From: the human T2T-CHM13v2.0 reference genome, Homo sapiens
Assembly: GCF_009914755.1 (NCBI RefSeq)
Contig: NC_060948.1
DNA length: 64,000 bases
Direction: 5' to 3' (one strand)
Shown: piece after piece, positions 56,647-64,000 of the stretch
How the letters are laid out: every line of letters starts with the position of its first letter
Numbering within the stretch: the stretch's first letter is position 1
Position numbers and translations under genes: made by a program
The notes under the pieces: model-generated
The model's input: the letters and a program-made list of their open reading frames with translations, nothing else
Told to the model about the DNA's origin: nothing
Database searches by the model: none

Positions 56647-59203
56647 TCAACTCAACAACTGGGAGTCCCCTAGAGAAACACAAACTCATGTTAAAACGCA
56701 TTTTCTCTGAGCCATACTTTGAAATGTTTCAATTGTGGGGCCCGCTGAGAAAAGGATATCCCTTCCCCATTTGTGATCCCTTAAACTTCCTCCTACCACG
56801 TGTTACAAACTGTTCTGCGCAATCCCTGCCCCATTCCCAGTATTGTCTGTGAGGGGAGTCAGCTAACAAGATGCACTGGGCCCTAAAAGCACACACAAGT
56901 CTGATGGGGCAACAGCTTAAGGAAATCCATGAATCTAAACAGTCCTTTGTGGTTTGGGGCAAGGATGACCAGGACGCACATTCAGGGAGCCCAATCTCAT
57001 GGGGTTGGTGGGATGACTGCCGGTGGGGTTGACAGCCGTGGAATCAAGTGCCACAGACTGAACTGAATGATTTTCAGCTTTACTTCTCATTGATTCTGGA
57101 AATGGACGATTCTTCACTGGGCTTAAGACTCCACAGCTATCACCCGCTTTGCAGTGCAGTCTCTAACGTGCCTTTTCAGCCCAATGCCATGAACGTCCTG
57201 GATTCTGTCACTCTCTGTCTTCCTCTCAAGGAATTTCTACATGTACGAAAGGAGCCTCAATTTCTACATTTCTGAAATGAGCACCCAGGCTCCCTGAATA
57301 GGCAGGTGTGTCAACCCCCTTATACTGGGCATCAAACAGCTCCAGTGCCAACTAACGGCTCACCTGACGTCTCTGTTCCCTCTTCAGGTGGCTTCATCCT
57401 CTTGTAGTATTGCAGGGGATTGCGCCACAGGTCCTTACATAGGATCTGTCAGGGGACTCAATCGGGAAAGGCCTCATCAGGGCTCAGAAAGGTGACCCAA
57501 GCAGCTGGGAACACACGGGGTCATTCCTCATGTTTCCCAGTGAGGACTCACCTCAGCAATCTTGTTAGATCCTGCGAAGTTGTGGTCAGAGAACCAGTTG
57601 AAGAAGTTAAGGCTGCTGTTGTGGTGTCTGCGGCGATAGGCCTCCACTTCATAATCCGGATACCACTCAATTGGAGTGGAATGAGAAGCCCTGTATTCTA
57701 CAGAGACAGGAGTTTTTGTGGGAAGGGGGCTGGATCCCGTTGGCAATGATCCACCCACCATCTTCCTTCCACTACCCATCCTGGGAGCCACCTGTCACCT
57801 GTGATGTTCACCAGATATTCCTTGGTAATCACTTTATTCTGGAAGTAGGGGTTACTCCGAAAGAACAACATGATCTTGCAGAGATGAACACGATGCTTCT
57901 CTTCTTCCACCTGTCAGGACAAGGTGGAGAAAGCTTAGATAGGTTTTCGGGTGAGGTGCTCACTCTTGCTTACAGGAATGAATTATTTCCCTTACCCTCC
58001 CCCGCTAAACCCTCCAGCCCCAGTCTTCCTGGCCTCACCTCCAGGCTGACCATGTAGCTCAGCATGTCTTCATCTTCGTCAGTGATCAGGGCTGACATCT
58101 GGGGGTGGTTTGCAATCTGATTTAGGTCAAAGAGACTTTAATGGAAGGGAAAGCGAGGAGCAACAGGGAAGAAGGCCTAAGAGCACCCAGAGGCTGGGGT
58201 AGGGGATTTCTCAGATCTGCTTCCATGTATGATCTCCTTTCGCCTCCCCGTCCCCGTAAACTAAGGCCTCCTGTGTTCACAGAGGGTGTATGATTCTGAG
58301 GCTGACTGCACTGACATGGGGAGGCGCGATTTGCAGAGACTTGCTGGTGTCTGAGGAGTGGCAGAATCTGCTTATAGCCGAAGACGCCCAGTCCCAGATC
58401 GGACTAGCAAGGGGCAGCAATCACACTCCCTTAAAAATAGCTTCATTCACTGAAAAACCTCTTCCGCTCTGAACTCGCTTCTGCTCTTCAAAAAGATGCC
58501 CCAAACGTCTGCTGCTCGGCATCACCAAGGGTTTCTCTGCCGCATGCAGGACAATAGTACCCACGCCTTCTCCGCCTTTCCACAGCCACATTGGTCCGTG
58601 GCAACTCCCCTTTGTTCCCCAAAGAGTCACATCGACGCCGAGCTGCCCATCGGTCACTTACACTTCCCCGAGAGCACCTCTCCACTAGAAAGGCCGAAGA
58701 AACACTGAGAAGGATACAACATTGGCCCAGAAGCCAGGGACGCTCTGGATGACGGCGCCTCTGCGGTCTAGGTGGGGCTTGCGCCTCCGCTCCATCTTTT
58801 CCCGCTGCCGAGAAAAGGCCTTCCTGGCTTGGGCATTAACCGGCTCCAGCTCCACCTGAACGGCCAGCAGCTCCTCCAGTGCAGACTCTGGGGTCATGGG
58901 CCCAGGGCCAGGCACAGCCTGCTGTGCCCGCTGGGCCTCCTCCCGCCGCTCCACGAGGCCCTCCTCCTCCGCCACCACCTCCACCTCCGCCATTATGTCA
59001 TCCAACAGCAGCACCGCCTCCTCCCCCAAAGCCGCCTGCTCACTCTCCACCCCGGCCGCCCCCTCCTGCACAGCCTCCATCCTGAAGGCGGTGCCCTCCT
59101 TGGCACTCGCACACACCAAGGCCTGTGCTGCCCGACCCACGCCACAGGAACCCTGCCGCAGCCTCTCTGGCACCCGGTAGGTCAGCGAGCCCTCAGGGCG
59201 CAT
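56647..59203 (-). CDS. TSPY2: Testis-specific Y-encoded protein (NAP/SET family), intact 308 aa, 6 exons
   Basis: Exons 59203-58718 (486), 58116-58039 (78), 57910-57799 (112), 57697-57552 (146), 57445-57364 (82) and 56669-56647 (23) sum to 927 nt, all with GT-AG introns. Protein [18 protein letters not shown]...[15 protein letters not shown]...[12 protein letters not shown]...[12 protein letters not shown]...[14 protein letters not shown]...-GDSQLLS*. The family call is certain. The copy name TSPY2 is inferred from the solitary, non-array context. Confidence 0.95.
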
Positions 59204-59577
59204 GCGCCGGGCTTCCAGGCGCCCCCTAAGGGACTGCGCGCGAAGAGCCGGGGGGCCGCACCCAGGCCGACTTCCTCCCGTCGTGGCCAATCAATGGAAG
59301 GGCGGTGGGCGTCTCCCTGGGCGGCACAGCCACTGGCGGGCCTGCATCTCCAGCCCCCCCACCCCCCGCCTTCCCTGCCCAAGCCTCCTCCGAGAAGCCC
59401 TTGGAACTTGTGCCGGGTAGCTAGGCGTCCGGGCACACGCGGGCTGCGTGGCCTTTGGAATTGTGGGCATGGCAGCCCTGTGCCCTGACATCCTCAGTGT
59501 GGCAAGCCATGAACATCTCTATGTGTCATGAACACAGGAAACATCTCTCTTCATTAGGCAGGCCAGGTAGATGGTAC
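59204..59577 (-). promoter_or_regulatory. TSPY 5' UTR and proximal promoter (CpG-rich, CCAAT, GC boxes)
   Basis: About 99% identical to 38881-39254; ggccaatca at about 59285. Confidence 0.8.
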
Positions 59578-62500
59578 ATAAGGAATATTGCAGATCCAGA
59601 GGAGAACTTTCTCTGGTTGCTGGGGCGAGGGCGGCGGGGGTGGCCTAGCAGAAGTGAGTCGGGGCGGGTATGTGGGAGGAAAGTCACCTGCTTGTGCAGA
59701 GGTGGAATTCGTCTGCACTGTAGGCTAGAACCCTGGCATGTACTCTCGCAGGTCGAGGCAAATACAGGCTCCGAGTACCATGCTTCCTCCCTGAGGATGC
59801 TGTACTCCAAGGAGCATTCCAAAGGGCCTCTAGTCCTGTGCCCTGGGCACACCAGAGGCCAGCCGCCAGGGTTGGCCATTGTCGGCCTGCGCGCACGCTG
59901 TTGTGCACTGCCTTGACGACCCAGAGGCTCCCGCACCCGCAGCAGCCGCTGCGGTGCCTGCTGGTGGGGCTCTGGAAGCACAGGGCCTCGGCCTCTGGCT
60001 TCTGAGCTCCTATGCGCAGTTGACCCTGCTGTGGTCCTGAGCCCCACGGCGAGTGCGGCCATCTGCGGGCCCAGCGGGGCTCCTCAGGAAACCTGGGTCC
60101 ATGTAGGTGTGGGACTAGGTTTTCAGCAGGGAGAGGCCCGTGGGTCTTTCACGGAGCGGGCCTCTTGGGGAGCAGCCCCCAGAGCATAGGGATACCGGGG
60201 ATGTGCTGGGCTGTGCAGGCCAGGGTCTGTGGGAGCACCCAGGAGGGCACCGTGTTCAGGCTGGAGGCTCTGCTGGAGAGGACGGCCGGGGTACAGAGCA
60301 AGGAGGCAGCCTTGGAAGAGGAGGCGGTGCTGAAGGTGGAAGACATAATGGCTGAGGTGGAGGTGGTGGTTGAGGAGGAGACTGACGTGGGGTGGCAGAA
60401 GGAGGGCCAGCGGGCACAGCTTGGCCCTGGACCCAGCACACCCAGGCCATCAATGGACTCGCTGGAGGTCCTTCACTTGGAGGTAGACTCCGTGAATGCC
60501 CCTGTGGCCTGGGCTTCTGGGACAGAGCCATATCCTTGCAGCTGCCGATTCCAGATGGCTGGCAGCAGGGGATGGGCATCGGGCTTCGTGGGGGCATGGG
60601 GGCTGTTGGGGGAGGAGCCAGGAGGAGGCACATGGGGTGAGCCAGGAGGCAGGGGATGGGGGACAGGATGGGAGCCGAGGTCACGTTCCTGCAGCTGTGA
60701 GGGCAGCTTGCTTGTAGCAGCACTGGGAGCACGTGGTAGGGAAGGGGAGCCGAGCACAGCACTCACAAGGGAGAATCGCGGCGCCAGAGTCCCTTCACGC
60801 ACAGCACAATGTCAAAGGGCATGTTTCCCTGGGAATGTCCTGGAGGAAGGGGAGTCTGCATGACATTGCCAGCCATTGAATCACCCCCGCTCTCAGTGCC
60901 CGTTTCCAGAAGGCTCGCCCCAGAAACACAAGGTGCTTAAGACTCGGGTTAGCGGTACATGGGGCTGCCGACCTCCACAAGGCAGGTACTAGCTCCCCAG
61001 ATATGCTTTCTTCTGCCTGCCGGCGCTGCACCCAAAGGGTTATAGCCCCTGAGCGTATATAACCTCCTTTGCACCCACCCAGTCCCCATGGGGAGCGCCA
61101 GGAACTACCCTGCAGCCCCTTCTAACTACAGGGCTTCCTCAGGCAGACAGGTCCACCCCTCAGGGAGACTAGGATAAGAAGACACCACACACCCGGACAT
61201 CAGCAGAGCATGTCCAGCACCCAGCAAGCAAAGGCCTCCTGCAGCTCATGAACCCAGAGAAGCAGCCGCCTCACACCACCCTGCCCCCGCCCCTGCCCCT
61301 CAGCTGCAACCACCTGCCCACTTTTTCTGCCTCCCGTCTCTGGTCAGCCCAGGCCGTCTTGGCCGGGGTCCAGCCACCCCAAAAACCACCACAGTTGTGG
61401 CATTGCCTCCTCACCAGACAGAAACAGAGGATCAACATCGGAGCGTGACAGGCCAAATGTCTGGGAGATATCCCTGCTCCACATTCTCTGTGCTCTTGCA
61501 GAATTGCAGGCGTCAGGAGGCTTGCCCACTGAATCATCTGGAGACTCCTTGACCAGATGTAGATTGTTTGGCACACCAGATGTTGACCTGGGTTGGAAAC
61601 CATGATGAAGTGATGGATTTGCAGGTCAGGCTGGGGAGCCTGGGTCTGTGGGAGGGGTCCAGTGTCTGAGTCAGTTTGAGGTCCCCCTGGGGTCCAGGGT
61701 TGTCTCAGTTGCAAAGCTGGGAATGGGAAATTCATGCTTCACTCCAGCTAGCAGGCCACCTCAGCCCAGCTAGATGAAATGGTCCCATTGAATCCATACT
61801 CTTTCTCCTTCTTGGTTAGGCAGGTGGAGGAACTCAGGCATCCCTGTTACCGGCAGCAAGATGAAGATTTCCTTTTGTCACAGCCTTTATTTCCACAATG
61901 AAGTGATCAGTAAGTAGTACTGCATTGGCATCCTCGGTAAGGAGTGCCTCCTAGCATGGTAGGGGAGCCGGTATGTGGGAGGGTAGGTCTAGGATGAACC
62001 TTCCTGACTCCTCTCCCTCCAGGGTACAGGGTATCTCATTCCACTGCAGTCCAGTTGTTCTGGGATCATGAAGGTCAAGCCTCCAGCTGCAGGCAGTACA
62101 CCTCCTACCTGAGCTTTTTCACCTGTTTGGCTGAACATGACTGCCCGGGTTTTGGTAGGATTGCTGAGGTGAGGTTCACCATGGGGCATCATGGGAAAGG
62201 ACCTCGCTGGGCATTCCTTGGTCTCTGGGGAATTGGCATTAAACTGTGACATGAACTGTCCTGGACCCACTTCTGCAGTCCCCTAGATCATCAGCCAGGG
62301 CCTATGGCTCAATCCATTGCAGTTCTATTCCATGGTGGGAGGGACAGCATTTTAGAGGGAACAGAGGCCAGGGAACAGCCTAGGGCTGGGAACTGAGAGG
62401 TCTTTCAGTCCTGGATCTGTGCCCCACAGGGAGAACCCAAGGATCATGCAGGAAACTGCAATGAGCAATCCCAGGCCATCCATTGGTTGGGGGAGAAAGG

Positions 62501-63695
62501 CCCATCGGTGAACTGCAACACCCACATTTCAGGATTGGGGAACCTTAAGCCACTACAATGCATATGTGACTAAGATCAGTGGGTGAGAAGCAGAGCTTAA
62601 GGGATAGCTGTCTCATCATCACTTGCCAGCTCCCTCCCTTGCCCTGAGACCTCCTACCACCTGAGACTCAGTTTGAGCTCATCCAGGACCCTCTCCCTCT
62701 CTACACAGATATCCACCTGAGGCCCATCTAAGTCTACATTCCTTCAGAATGTTTCTCCCAGGTCTGTCATGTTCTGTTTTGATGACCCCGGGCTGCCCTG
62801 ATATGTTATCCTCTCTGCTATCCTCACTCCAACTGCCCTGCCTTCCCATATAAGACAGTCCACTTCACAGGGAATCTGGAGGAATGCACTGGGTTCCAGT
62901 GTGATGAAATGTTCTATTATCTCCATGTACATGTATTTTAGAGCTTCCTCCAGGACTGGAAATGTGAAGAGATTGCAAAATGGCTGGGGACCTTCAGTAT
63001 GTGTCCAGGGAGGGAACCTGGCTGGGAATTAAGGCCCACCTGAGTAATGGTATGGACATCCAGTGTCAGTTATCTTGATAAAGACCTGCTTTGTTACATC
63101 ACCTACTATTAATATAAAAGTTAATTTCTTAGAATATTGAAAAAACAAATTTAAGTGCAAAGAAAAATAATTTCTTCATAATTGTATGGAAAAACTGCAG
63201 AAGGATCCATTTTCCATTATAAATATTATGAGAGACTTGAAGTGTTTATCAAGTTTTAAGATATATTTTTATTGTTCTACTCCTGGCAATTGTTATGATC
63301 ATTTTTGCAATACAGGGACATGGACTCTGGAAAGTTTTTGAGGGACTTTCAGCTTCTTTTAGAGTACTTAGTCGTAAATTTTGAATTTTTTTCCCCTGTG
63401 GTTCTTTTCACTTTACTATTTGTACTTTATATGCAAGGTGTTAATTGTGTTTTCTTATTTGCCTCTTCTGGAACTTTTGTTTTCAAGGATTTTCTTTTTC
63501 AGTTAGATATGTGAGTTTGCCTCTGAGCACTTTTTCTAGCATAGATTTTTTTTTTAAATTCATTAGTTTTTGGGGGGGTGTGTGTGTTTGTTTGTTTTCA
63601 GATGAAGTCTCGATCTGTCATCCAGGCTGAAGTTAAGTGGCAAAATCTCGTCTCACTGCAACATCTGCCTCCCAGCTTCAAACGATTCCCCTGCC
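59578..63695. repeat. Diverged segmental paralog of 39255-43465
   Basis: Colinear throughout (relic exons and downstream AT-rich DNA) up to the Alu at about 63695. Confidence 0.93.
60200..62400 (+). pseudogene. Diverged five-exon TSPY-family relic head-to-head with the intact TSPY; its 3' part probably corresponds to the TTTY23/TTTY23B lncRNA
   Basis: Exon 1 reads VCGSTQEGTVFRLEALLERTAG...[12 protein letters not shown]...GFWDRA|atatcc. Exon 2 61563-61624, exon 3 61824-61936 (in-frame TAG), exon 4 62023-62168 (146 nt), exon 5 from 62287. Confidence 0.88.
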
Positions 63696-63863
63696 TTAGC
63701 CTTCTGAGGAGCTGGGATTACAGGCACATGTCCTGCTAATTTTTCTATTTTTAGTAGAGACTGGTTTCACCGTATTTGCCAGACTGGTCTCATACTGCTG
63801 TGATCTGCCTGCACTGGCCTCCCAAAATGCTGGGCTTCCAGGTGTGAGCCACCACGCCCAGCC
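63595..63863 (-). mobile_element. Full-length AluS element
   Basis: gatgaagtctcgatctgtcatccaggctg...gctgggattacaggc...gtgagccaccacgcccagcc. Confidence 0.9.
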
Positions 63864-64000
63864 TCATTTGTTTGTTAATGTATTTTAATCATTATTATAT
63901 TTTCTTCATGTACATGTATTTTATAATTATTGAAATAATGTATTATATTTACTTAATACTTTTGTAGGATTTTATATGTAATATTTTCGCTCACCAAATA

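Larger units (their letters stand above)
38881..59203. repeat. One complete 20,323-bp TSPY/DYZ5 repeat unit (ATG to ATG)
   Basis: ATGs at 38880 and 59203 in near-identical context. The spacing equals the known ~20.3-kb TSPY array period. Confidence 0.9.

Overview
This window is primate (very likely human) Y-chromosome ampliconic DNA from the TSPY gene family. It holds one intact six-exon TSPY gene on the minus strand (CDS 59203-56647, 308 aa). A chimeric TSPY pseudogene lies exactly 20,323 bp away (38880-36333, minus), and a 3'-truncated TSPY pseudogene sits at the window start (400-1517, plus). From memory, this layout matches the Yp IR3 locus TSPY19P / TSPY11P / FAM197Y9 / TSPY2 / TTTY23B read in reverse orientation; I did not check this against a database. 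Four further, much more diverged TSPY-family relics lie on the plus strand (about 31.1-31.9, 39.8-42.1, 49.7-50.5 and 60.2-62.4 kb). Two of them sit head-to-head with the canonical copies and underlie the FAM197Y/TTTY23-type 'non-coding' loci. One still has a three-exon, 114-aa spliced ORF with canonical splice sites. The window also preserves what look like the ancestral flanks and the junction scars of the 20.3-kb TSPY repeat unit. The 1.5-26.5 kb stretch is AT-rich, repeat-laden DNA. It contains an ERV1 solo LTR, MIR and L2 fragments, Alus, a full-length L1PA carrying an AluYa5, and an inverted truncated L1PA that shares private mutations with the full-length one. All alignments were done by eye, and repeat subfamily names are from memory.
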